Shown here: positions 32,901 through 41,416 of the stretch, piece after piece
Numbering within the stretch: position 1 is the first letter of the stretch
Layout: every line of letters starts with the position of its first letter
Origin: a virus
Taxonomy: Duplodnaviria > Caudoviricetes
IMG/VR virus record: IMGVR_UViG_3300032319_001025
Location: 80,014-144,013 of that record
Reading direction: 5' to 3' (one strand)
DNA: 64,000 nucleotides
The notes under the pieces: model-generated
What the model saw: only the letters and a program-made list of their open reading frames with translations
The model's database searches: none
What the model was told of the DNA's origin: nothing
Made by a program: the position numbers and the translations under genes

Positions 32901-33410
32901 TTGTACTGCGCCAACTAAACAACTAGAACCTAAAGTTATATGGCCAGATATCTTTTGAAGCTCTTCCCATTTCAAAACTGGCTTTCTTTCTCCAAATTTA
33001 ACTACAGCTCTTTCTTCCATTAATGGAGTTAATTGACAAAAATATCTGTACGCTACTACGTCTTTAAAATGAATAGTTAAATGTACGTAATGATTTTTTA
33101 ATTTAGATTCTACTTTTTGACGTTTTTTTTCTAGATTTTTTTCATCTATAGTTTTTTCATAGTATTCTCTATAAAAATCTAAAAATGGAGTTTCTACGTA
33201 TGCTTCAATTCCAAGAATTGGCTTTACATTTAATTTTTTGCAGAGGTAAAAAAGTTCCATTGCTGAATTCATGTTTCCATGTTCAGTTAGGGTTACATGT
33301 GTAGCTCCAAGCTCAATATTTCTTTTGATTATTTGTTGTACAGTAGCAGCCCCGTCCAGGCTATAATGAGAATGGGAATGTGGAGAAATTAATTGTTTGA
33401 ATTTAGCCAT
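29961..33410 (-). CDS. dnaE: DNA polymerase III alpha subunit (family C)
   Basis: PHP domain 'HSHSHYSLDG', 'TEHGNM', 'GIEAY'; polymerase 'RGSAGGSL', 'FERFL', 'PDVDID', 'HACGVVI', 'KYDLLGL', 'YSFNKSHA'. Confidence 0.97.
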   Translation of the reverse strand: MAKFKQLISPHSHSHYSLDGAATVQQIIKRNIELGATHVTLTEHGNMNSAMELFYLCKKLNVKPILGIEAYVETPFLDFYREYYEKTIDEKNLEKKRQKVESKLKNHYVHLTIHFKDVVAYRYFCQLTPLMEERAVVKFGERKPVLKWEELQKISGHITLGSSCLVGAVQSMIYTKFNTSEPKLAEKAYCMLRELAGPNNFFVEVFPHQITHNWKSPKKSPEGKIITPGEFVPIGCNNIAIDGDIQKVANKFVLEMAKKYGDKAIISLDSHFAWKEQKLTQDARLGNGQELWKFHQSYHIISTDEAAEELKHTLNLSDKDIEELVDNSYDFASNFNEFNIETNSDRWVLPEINTDWLKELKVKIDRHGRMDWSNKEMLDRLKMEIDILAKNGKMNLLSYFFTVEDMANFCKENNILINVRGSAGGSLLLYLLGVSAVNPLKHNLSFERFLTLGRIKANTLPDVDIDISATGRDRVIEYLQSKYKDGFCRISTDSLLKLKSSIKDAERAILGTVTNETEKLCKSLPSEPQGVDSKEFVKGFTDSNGNYHQGLIEQNQELKKYAKNNPKIWQSVTEMLGIIRQKSSHACGVVIANEPIQNYCPVIKINDVVLTGFSPKSVELAGLVKYDLLGLNTLVDIQGCLESIKERLNIKIDPWNLPHCEKSFGSFQIGRTETVFQFDTETVKPFLISIKPKSIEDLASITSLARPGTLDAPFGDGRTLAEVYVARKNGESITYIHKDLEPILKDTVGINLFQEQTIQIFRELAGFTAEQAEDVRRAIGKKDEKLLSVATKRLKDSCLDRGWSEDQVKLLIEQIMASSRYSFNKSHAISYAYVAYACMYLKTNYPLDWWKSVLSNSSKDELAHKFWPYISDSIRMPDINNSGGDYKIVGDKLVAPFSIINGVGEKAFNQLIANSPYSNLEDYVIKNHSKEKGIRSAVNSGISRKLIITGVLDSILPDPNIDIENKLYEFEKLKAEIRKESIKSVPEELIGVTSLGKFLMKKELISIYSEDVRPLIMSNRYGIKKGFSWYTENGVQVLSGQELEAAKEAQKNGKIYKNIVYAGIGYVVKERCFTYKNKTKQATELIIDFNGVFTKEVLWPPYDSEVSEAPHGFQDKLVIAYYFANNKRFQLDKVISLTSEKEEDRYKTA

Positions 33411-33448
33411 TTGTTTACCTGCGATAATATTACCACAGATTTACAAAT

Positions 33449-33682
33449 TTACATATTATTTTTAACTTTTCTTAAAGAGGATTCTAGGATTTGCTTGTAA
33501 GCTTCGGGAGTTAAATTCAAAACCCTACATATGAATTTTACTGGAGCGCCTTCAGGATATTTTTCTAATGCCATATTAAGACTATTGAGCAATTTTTTAT
33601 TGCAAATAAAATCGACATCTTCTGAAAGACGTGCTTTATCGTTTTCTGAAACGTATGACATTTGTAAAATTTTTTCTAGCAT
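33449..33682 (-). CDS. Small protein resembling the sigma70 region 4.2 HTH
   Basis: 'YPEGAPVKFICRVLNLTPEAYKQILESSLRKVK' parallels '[29 protein letters not shown]'. Confidence 0.55.
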   Translation of the reverse strand: MLEKILQMSYVSENDKARLSEDVDFICNKKLLNSLNMALEKYPEGAPVKFICRVLNLTPEAYKQILESSLRKVKNNM

Positions 33683-34537
33683 CTATCTTCTTCTGTATTT
33701 CGTTAATCTTTTTCTGTACTTGTTCTAGTAATAATATATCACAATTTATAGATTTTCTTTTTTCATCTATAAATTTAATGAAAAATTTTTTACTTGAAAC
33801 TATCGTTTTGAATTCCCTAATAGACACTATTGTTGATTTGTTGCTTTTTAAATTATTGATAACATTAGATAAATTTACTAAATCTCTTTCGGCATTTTTA
33901 AGATCAATCTCTTCGCGTGCTATGCGAGTTTTGATTGTTCTAAATTTACAAAAAGTTTCCTCAAAACTAATATAGAGCTTAATTAATTCGGCATCGTCTG
34001 TATCTGGTATCCAAATTTTTTTTGACATTTTATTTCTCATTGCCGTCAATTCTTTTTCTATAGTCACATTCTTTACAGAAAGAATAAGTTTTATTTAATA
34101 AAATCAATATTTCTACGTTAAAAGCTTTACACTTTTCACATTGTAACATATTAGCTTGCGGCTTTTCATTAAAAAGCTCTTCTTCTAACGCTCTTCTGTT
34201 TTTACGTACCTGTTTTTTTTCCTTATGTTTTTTAACAAAATTTTCATTTTGTAAACAATACTCTTCGTATTTTCTTAAACGGGAAACTTCTTTTTTAAGC
34301 TCTCTTACTATTTTCTGCAAGCTACGTATTTCGCCGTGAAAATCTTCTTTTTCTTCTTTAAATGACCGATATCGCTTATCTTTTTTAAACAAAGCAGAAT
34401 CCTTTTATAAAATACATATAAAAGATTAAGATAACGACATAATAAATAATAATATAATGATTACAATTATTTATATTGTTTTTTGATGTGTGTTATAGGA
34501 AATTTGTGGTAGTAATGAGATAATTTTATAAAAGTTC

Positions 34538-36142
34538 TTACTTTATTCTCCAATGGCCTCTAATTGAGTTTATTAGCTGTCTAGAGCCATTCTTATAAAC
34601 TAGGCAGGAGGTATGTAGCCATGATGAAGGTCCTTGGTTGTAATCAAGCTTTAAATGACTAGAAGTGCCTACTTGCCAAGCACCGCGCAAAATCATTGGG
34701 GTATGGGCGTGGCCGCTTACAGAATTACCATAAGCGTTTTCCATGGCTTTTAAAGAACCCCTGGAACCGTTAGCACCTTTATCACCGTGACATCCAAGTT
34801 CAATACCAGAAATTTTATAATCCTGGTCTCTTTTTAACCAAAGAACTTTTTCTGGATTTTTAATTTTTACAATTTTTTCCATTGCATATTGTAAAGGATT
34901 TTTACCTTCTAGCATAGCAGCGGCCAATAAACACCCTAAATAGTGATTTTGTGGATCTTCAATATACTTACCTTTTTGTAGGTAATGTTTTGATAAAAAG
35001 TCATGATGATTGCTATCTACAATAATCACTTTTCTTGCTTTATCGCTCCATTTATCAATAAACTTTCCAACAGCTTTTAGTTCATCTAAAAGACTTAATT
35101 TGTTTTCCATGGCCAATCTAGCTCTGTTTATTTTATTATGTTCTTCATGGTGATTAATCGATACGCCAGAAAACATATCATGAAGAATAACATCTTTGCA
35201 TCCAGTATAATCAAAAACTTCTTCCCAAGCTTTTTCAGCAGATTCGTCAGTTTCAGTAACGTGAGAATCTCCCAAAACAAAAGCTTCTGGACTTAATTTA
35301 GTTACATTTTTTTCCGAATAAGAAAGCCCTAAATCAACAAACTCACCTTTTGAATTGGACTGAATTTGTCTGTAATGATAAATATCGTCATTTTCGATTT
35401 CTACAATTACTGCCCCCATTACATGATCGTGGTGCGCAATATAAGATGTTCTAGCATTCATGTATTTTCTAGGCAGATATTCTGATTTAGTAATAGCTCC
35501 AGTAGTCATTAAAACATGTGGCATTTTTTCATTAGATGTTGGTGCGGTCAATAATCTTTGTTTTGGCGACGCATAAACAAAACTTCCTGATCTTTGTCCT
35601 ATCCTTGCAAGGCTTGTAACTGGATCAATTTGTTTTGCAGTTAGCTTGATTGTACTAATAAAAAAGTTAGAATTTAAAGCGATATCAGCAAATACTATAT
35701 GTTCATTTTTAATGATTGGATCTATAGCAACATTAATTCTTGAGCCAGGATCACTAGAAAGCAATATCAGAAGCTTAGCTTTATTTACTTTGCAATAATT
35801 TTTAATAGACTTGTAAAAATTTTTATCAACAGAGCAACCTGTTACTGCTGTAGTAATAACAAATTTTTTATGAGTTTGGATGTCTTTTTTAATTGCAGTA
35901 AGTTTTTCATTTTTAAAAAAATCTGCATCAAGAACAGATGTTAAAAATTTAGAATAGTCTTTTGCTACCAACTCTTTTAGAGAGGAGAAATTGCCAAAAT
36001 AACATTTAATCCTATCTCTACTAATGCCAGCTTTAATTAAATCTGCACGTGATGGATGGAACCCGAGCTTATTAGCTAGTTTGATATAAGTATTAATTAT
36101 GCGTGTAGCCTGAGAAGAAGAACTTTTATTAGTTTTGCTCAT
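34538..36142 (-). CDS. Calcineurin-like metallophosphoesterase with N-terminal helical domain
   Basis: 'VLGDSH', 'HDMFSG', 'SNHH', 'CHGD', 'SGHAH'. Confidence 0.75.
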   Translation of the reverse strand: MSKTNKSSSSQATRIINTYIKLANKLGFHPSRADLIKAGISRDRIKCYFGNFSSLKELVAKDYSKFLTSVLDADFFKNEKLTAIKKDIQTHKKFVITTAVTGCSVDKNFYKSIKNYCKVNKAKLLILLSSDPGSRINVAIDPIIKNEHIVFADIALNSNFFISTIKLTAKQIDPVTSLARIGQRSGSFVYASPKQRLLTAPTSNEKMPHVLMTTGAITKSEYLPRKYMNARTSYIAHHDHVMGAVIVEIENDDIYHYRQIQSNSKGEFVDLGLSYSEKNVTKLSPEAFVLGDSHVTETDESAEKAWEEVFDYTGCKDVILHDMFSGVSINHHEEHNKINRARLAMENKLSLLDELKAVGKFIDKWSDKARKVIIVDSNHHDFLSKHYLQKGKYIEDPQNHYLGCLLAAAMLEGKNPLQYAMEKIVKIKNPEKVLWLKRDQDYKISGIELGCHGDKGANGSRGSLKAMENAYGNSVSGHAHTPMILRGAWQVGTSSHLKLDYNQGPSSWLHTSCLVYKNGSRQLINSIRGHWRIK

Positions 36143-36175
36143 AGTTCCACCCTTTTTTAAACACTTAACTTTAAA

Positions 36176-36814
36176 TTATTTCGATTCCGAACTATTTTTA
36201 AAGTTATATACATTAAGTACAGTAAAGCTACTTGTTTCTTTCTTTCCGTCTTTTAATTCTACTTCATTAGTAAAAGTATCTCCAGCCTTTAGCCCTAAAA
36301 GCTTTGGTCTCAAAGCGTCCTCTTTAGGTACTTCGGAAATCTGTACTGGTCTATAGTTAGATACAGTTACAGTTCCTTGAGCTGTAGAAACTTCGTGTTT
36401 TAAAATTAAAACGGACTCTTCGCTGGATTCTGTAGTATCCACCAATAGTCCAGATGACTTCAAGGATTCCATTTTTTCTTTTTCATTGGCTTCATCTATA
36501 GCTCTAAGCTCGGCCATAATTTCATTGTCTTCAATTAGTTTATGCTTAACTAAAACTTTAGTAAAAGCTGTTAGTAACTTGCCAAGACTGATTACTGTTT
36601 GCTCTAGGGCCAGGTTTTGATCTACAATAGCTTTTAAAGCAGACTGAGCATTAGTAGCAAGGTTTGAAACTTTTTGATCTGTTGTATCAACCTTTGTAGT
36701 AAGCTCTTGAACGTTTGATTGTAATGAAGAGGTTTTGCCTTCAAGTACAGTATTTTTAGCTTTAACTTCAAATACCGATTCTTCTAACTTTACTAATGTA
36801 TCTGTTTGACTCAT
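36176..36814 (-). CDS. Coiled-coil hypothetical protein
   Basis: Long heptad-rich N-terminus; C-terminal 'LLGLKAGDTF'. Confidence 0.5.
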   Translation of the reverse strand: MSQTDTLVKLEESVFEVKAKNTVLEGKTSSLQSNVQELTTKVDTTDQKVSNLATNAQSALKAIVDQNLALEQTVISLGKLLTAFTKVLVKHKLIEDNEIMAELRAIDEANEKEKMESLKSSGLLVDTTESSEESVLILKHEVSTAQGTVTVSNYRPVQISEVPKEDALRPKLLGLKAGDTFTNEVELKDGKKETSSFTVLNVYNFKNSSESK

Positions 36815-36823
36815 TTTTTACTC

Positions 36824-37552
36824 CTAATCTTCTCTTACGTTTCTATTTTTTTGCTGAGCTAAACTGATAGCAGCAGCTAATATTTGACTTTCTTGTGATT
36901 GACCGCCAGAAAAATTTGCGAAGGATTTTGCAGCTTGGGTCTGCATAAGCTGATTCATAACATCCTGTGTAGGCTGTGGTATTCTATCTGGGTTGTTTAT
37001 TTGTGCATAGTTTTGCCCAGTAGCTTTAGAAACATTCGAACTTTTTTGTAATTCTAATTCAGTTTTCGATTTAGGTTTTCTTGCTTCTTGAGGTCTTTGG
37101 TCATTTTTGATTTGATTTCTTTTTCTGACCATTTTTTTAATAGGCTGGCTTGATTGCTGATTTGTGTTAGAAGTAATTTTTTTAGCTACCATTTTAAGAG
37201 CAATCATTTCATCTGGTGTAAGCCCTAAAGAAGATTTATTATTTTTTTGATGTTGAGCTTGTGGCTTTTGTATTACAGCAGGTTCACTACTTGACCTAAT
37301 TCCTAGAAGTTCTTCTAGCTTGGAAACTATAAAATTTTTAATTTCTTTTTCAACTTCTTTTTTAATTGATTCTTCTACATTATCTTCATCAAAAAAAGAT
37401 GCTGTAAGCAAAGATTCAAAAAGCTTTGCTTTTGATATTCTTTTAAAAGCTTCATTTTTTAAATACTCATGTGAAGAATCGGAAGACTCGTCTTCTTCCA
37501 TTAATTCTTCTTCTGTATTTAATTCGTATTCGTCATCAAAAATATTTGACAT
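36824..37552 (-). CDS. Hypothetical protein with acidic N-terminus
   Basis: Long ORF within the operon. Confidence 0.5.
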   Translation of the reverse strand: MSNIFDDEYELNTEEELMEEDESSDSSHEYLKNEAFKRISKAKLFESLLTASFFDEDNVEESIKKEVEKEIKNFIVSKLEELLGIRSSSEPAVIQKPQAQHQKNNKSSLGLTPDEMIALKMVAKKITSNTNQQSSQPIKKMVRKRNQIKNDQRPQEARKPKSKTELELQKSSNVSKATGQNYAQINNPDRIPQPTQDVMNQLMQTQAAKSFANFSGGQSQESQILAAAISLAQQKNRNVRED

Positions 37553-37576
37553 AATGTTACCTATTGATGGATATTA

Positions 37577-38173
37577 TTACAAATTAAATGCGTCTTGTAA
37601 AGACAATTCCGAGTTGTTGTTTTTTTGCAAATTATTTAAAGTACATAAGCCATAATATGCTAAGGCTATCGCATCCGCTTCGTTATTATCCTTGAGTATA
37701 AGCTCTTTTTTGAAAGTTTCGTTTACCCAATTGACAACTAAGTGCTTAGTCGTTATTTTCCCTCTTTTTTTCTTATTTCTTACATCTTTGTTGTGTATTT
37801 TTTGTTCTTTGTTTAGCCTTATTTTAAGTAAGCTTCTCCAAGCGGAAGTGTCTACGTAATTTACTTTTTCTGAATAATTTTTATCCAGTATTCTTTTTAA
37901 TATTCCATAATGAAGGAACTCGAGTTCTTTTTGGGAATGCCTGTTAATTCCTCTATTTGTCTGCTCTATGTAAATTTCATTTACATTGTAATCTTCAATT
38001 AATTTTACTACAAAGTTAGCAAGAATTATTGATTCTTCTATATAGTTGTATTCATTAACAATATTGGTATGTTTCTTGCAATCAACATTAAAAGTTCCAG
38101 ATGACAGGATATTGCCATCTTTCATAATGGCAAATCCCGTGTGTTTACTTACATCTAGACCTAATACTATCAA
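37577..38173 (-). CDS. RuvC-like Holliday junction resolvase
   Basis: 'VLGLDVSKHTGFA', 'IYIEQ', 'DNNEADAIALA'. Confidence 0.88.
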   Translation of the reverse strand: MIVLGLDVSKHTGFAIMKDGNILSSGTFNVDCKKHTNIVNEYNYIEESIILANFVVKLIEDYNVNEIYIEQTNRGINRHSQKELEFLHYGILKRILDKNYSEKVNYVDTSAWRSLLKIRLNKEQKIHNKDVRNKKKRGKITTKHLVVNWVNETFKKELILKDNNEADAIALAYYGLCTLNNLQKNNNSELSLQDAFNL

Positions 38174-38476
38174 GCAAGTTTCCCTCTATTTTTAAGAACA
38201 TCTAGAATCAATTGTCTTTTTAGTTTATTAGCTTTCAAAGGCTCGGTGTAAGTCTGATTGCAAACTTTAAGTTGTTCTTTCAAAGATTGTAAATCCTGAT
38301 CTTCGCTTCTGGCTTCTTCAATTTCCATTGAATATTTTGTTAACGTAACAATTTTTTCTTTTAAATCTGAATCTGGCATCGTAAATACTTCATCTGCAAA
38401 TGTTGCGTCCAAATCTTTAACTTTATCCAAAAGATTTTTTTTAGTTCTTCCTTTTTTTGACATATTATTCTCCTTT

Positions 38477-40150
38477 TTACACAATATAGCTGTTTTTACC
38501 GTCAAATTCAACATTAATTAATTTTTCAAAAGATTCTTTCATTTCAGTAGAATGGTCAACTATAAGTATTAAACCATTAATATTCTTTTTAATTGTTTCC
38601 ATTGCACATCTTTTTGTTTCTATATCTAAACCATCCATTGCTTCATCTAGTGCTACCCAATTGAATTTGATTCCCGATCTATTTCTTATAATTTCGCTTA
38701 TGGCTAAATCAAAACATAATTCTAATGCACATATTTGTCCGCCAGACAATGTTTTAATTTGTATTTCTTTTTCAAGTTTTTGCAATCTAATAGTAATGTT
38801 ATTTTTGATGTTTCCATTTTTGTTTATCTGGGATGAGTCAATAGAAACTGAAAAAGTGGACAAGTTTGGTATTTCTGATATTAAAGAATTAACTCTTGTT
38901 TCTAGCTCTTGCAGTAACTCATCGAAAATAAAACCTAAAAAACCTTGATTGCTTAATATTTTTAAACAATGTGAATATCTTTCAATTTCGGATTTAATCT
39001 GTTTTTGTTTGCCTTCTTTTAGTTCAATATCTTTAAGTACGGATATATATTTATTTTTCTTTTCTGTCAAAACGCTTAATACGTTTTTAGCCATATTAAG
39101 TTTTTCAATAATTTCTTTGGCTCTGGAAGATTCATTTCCAGTTTTTTGTACAATTTTGTCATACTCTGATTGTAAATCGTTTAAATTAATAGATAACTTG
39201 TCTGATTCTAGTATTGATTGTTCGTTTTCTTCTATTTGTTTTTTTAAGGTAGAAATAAATATTTTTTTACGTTCAATAATATCTTCATTTTTTTTCCAAA
39301 ATTGCAAGCATGTCGGACATTTTTCATCTTGCATGTGTTCTAGTTCATTTTCTATAATTTTAATTTTTGATTTAAAATCAATGTTTTGCTGTTTTTTGGT
39401 ATAAGCTTGGTTAATAATTGAACCAATTTTTGATATTTCTAATTTTATTTGATTTAATTTATTAGTATTTTCAATAAGTTCTTTATTGGCTTTTATAGAA
39501 TCAATTTCTTGTTTATAGTTAATGTAAGATTGCTCAGCATTTTTGTATTCTTCTTCATCAACCTTCCAGCTATCTAAATTAAATTTTAAAAACTGCAGTT
39601 CTCTATCAAAAGATTCTAAATTTAAATTTTTTGAATCATGTTGGTTTTTGATATTACTATAGGCTGTATCTATATCGGACAGTTGTAGCATTTCTCTTAA
39701 TAAGGTTTTTTTCTCACTATCTGGAGATCTTAAAAACGACCCTGGTTCTCTTTGTGGTCTATACGTAAGGATTTTTAAAAAGTCGGAATTAACTCCTAAT
39801 ACTTTATCTAATTTTTCTTGAGCGGAAGTTCCAGTAAAAGTTTCTCCAGATACGGTTAATTGCAATTTTGGATTCCTGACTATCTCTATGATTTCATTGT
39901 TGTTTTTTAATTGTAACTTGACATAAAAAGATTTTGAATTCCAATTTTTTAGCTCTGTTGCTGGCAAATCACAAAAACCTAGTGCGTAGGCTATCGCCAT
40001 AAGAATAGAACTTTTACCCGATCCTGAAGATATTTGTTCATTCTTGTATTTTCCAGATATTAATACGGCACCAGATTCTGGAAATTCAATTTCTGTTTTT
40101 TCTTTGAAAGAACGAAATCCTTCAAGTTCTATTTTTGATAGAGAAAACAT
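38477..40150 (-). CDS. SbcC/Rad50/gp46-like ATPase
   Basis: 'GFRSF', 'GSGKSS', zinc hook 'CPTC', 'LSGGQ', 'ALDEAMDGLD', 'VDH'. Confidence 0.93.
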   Translation of the reverse strand: MFSLSKIELEGFRSFKEKTEIEFPESGAVLISGKYKNEQISSGSGKSSILMAIAYALGFCDLPATELKNWNSKSFYVKLQLKNNNEIIEIVRNPKLQLTVSGETFTGTSAQEKLDKVLGVNSDFLKILTYRPQREPGSFLRSPDSEKKTLLREMLQLSDIDTAYSNIKNQHDSKNLNLESFDRELQFLKFNLDSWKVDEEEYKNAEQSYINYKQEIDSIKANKELIENTNKLNQIKLEISKIGSIINQAYTKKQQNIDFKSKIKIIENELEHMQDEKCPTCLQFWKKNEDIIERKKIFISTLKKQIEENEQSILESDKLSINLNDLQSEYDKIVQKTGNESSRAKEIIEKLNMAKNVLSVLTEKKNKYISVLKDIELKEGKQKQIKSEIERYSHCLKILSNQGFLGFIFDELLQELETRVNSLISEIPNLSTFSVSIDSSQINKNGNIKNNITIRLQKLEKEIQIKTLSGGQICALELCFDLAISEIIRNRSGIKFNWVALDEAMDGLDIETKRCAMETIKKNINGLILIVDHSTEMKESFEKLINVEFDGKNSYIV

Positions 40151-41178
40151 TACTTTTTTAGTCTATCACAGAATTCTTCAAAAGTCGAATTGCTACACCC
40201 CGCGGAAAGCCTGAAGTATTCATCTGTCATACCAGCTCCAGCGCCTTTTTTAACCTTAACCCCAAAATTGTCCATCATATGTTTAAAACCATCTGAACCA
40301 TCTTTAGTTTTACACCAAATAAACATTCCATTGTTTTTTTTATTTAAAATATCAAAAGTTAAATCATTTTTTAAACTTATTAATTTATCCCATCTTCTTT
40401 TTAATTCTTTTGCCCCATATGAAAAACAATCGTTTCCGCTTTTATTTTCTAAAAGCTCGCTTTGAATGCCTAAAATAAGCCTTGCGCGCTCTTGAGCTTC
40501 ATTGCTTGTCCCCACGGTTGTATTTTCTACATAATCTTCCATTATAGAAGCTATTTCAGGATCTCTTACTATTCCCCAACCTATTCTTGTAGCAGCATGT
40601 CCAGTGCTCTTAGATAGACTGAAAGCCATAATATCCATGTCATTCAATACTGTATTTTCTAGATATTGTGGCCATTGATATGATAAATCGTATATCTTTT
40701 GCTTTGTAGAAGATTCCGAAACTCTTAATTCGTTATCTGGGTTGTTTGGTGTAGTAATAAGCTCAATCGGGTTTAAGCTTTTGTCGCTATCGTCATCTAC
40801 TAATTTTAGTTTAGAAATTCTTACAAAATCTGGAAACCTGAAATAATATGGTTTTTTAACAATAACTGAATCATTACCGTATTTTTTATAGTATGCGTAC
40901 ATTGCAGCCAATAAAATATGAGTAACTCCGTTACCAACTATTATATGTTTTTCTTCTGCATTAGCGTTACCAGCAGCTTTATGTATTCTTCTGATAGTTT
41001 CTTTCATTTCTTCGGTAGTATTAAAAATATAATCCATTCCGAAGTTTGGAGGAAAGCTTAATTTAGAATATTCAATTCCGTGGGGGGTCATAGATAGATC
41101 TAAGTTTTTCCAATAATCTTCTAAAAACTTAGGAGATCCTTTGGCTAAATCTAAAATTGTTTTATTCGTCTGGTTCAT
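40150..41178 (-). CDS. PLP-dependent enzyme of the alliinase/tryptophan aminotransferase (TAA1/TAR) family
   Basis: 'LDLAKGSPKFLEDYW', 'IIVGNGVTHIL', 'PYY', 'IELITTPNNPD', 'YDLSYQWPQY', 'DIMAFSLSKSTGHAATRIGW', 'GTSNEAQ', 'RWDKL', 'FRLS'. Confidence 0.88.
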   Translation of the reverse strand: MNQTNKTILDLAKGSPKFLEDYWKNLDLSMTPHGIEYSKLSFPPNFGMDYIFNTTEEMKETIRRIHKAAGNANAEEKHIIVGNGVTHILLAAMYAYYKKYGNDSVIVKKPYYFRFPDFVRISKLKLVDDDSDKSLNPIELITTPNNPDNELRVSESSTKQKIYDLSYQWPQYLENTVLNDMDIMAFSLSKSTGHAATRIGWGIVRDPEIASIMEDYVENTTVGTSNEAQERARLILGIQSELLENKSGNDCFSYGAKELKRRWDKLISLKNDLTFDILNKKNNGMFIWCKTKDGSDGFKHMMDNFGVKVKKGAGAGMTDEYFRLSAGCSNSTFEEFCDRLKK

Positions 41179-41416
41179 TTGTGTCTGCTCTGCTTTTGTC
41201 GTTTCTTTCGCCCATCAATTCTTCAACATTATGTATTCTTTCAACGGCCCTACTCATTGCGCCGTTATCTAATCTTTCATAAACAACTGTAGTACCAACT
41301 TTAGGTACAAACAAAGAAGGTTCATTACATTTTTTACATGGCATAGTTTTTTCTCTTTTAGGCAATGATGCCTTAAAAGTGCCATGAGTATTACATTTAT
41401 AAGTAAACCAGCCCAT
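41162..41416 (-). CDS. FmdB-like zinc-ribbon protein
   Basis: 'FTYKCNTHGTF...PCKKC'. Confidence 0.6.
   Translation of the reverse strand: MGWFTYKCNTHGTFKASLPKREKTMPCKKCNEPSLFVPKVGTTVVYERLDNGAMSRAVERIHNVEELMGERNDKSRADTNEPDE

Noticed and set aside
33421-33436. GG-N10-GC upstream of dnaE as a further sigma54 site
   Set aside because: It lacks the TTGC and CAC/TAT context of the other three sites and fits an extended -10 (TGGTAATAT) better.
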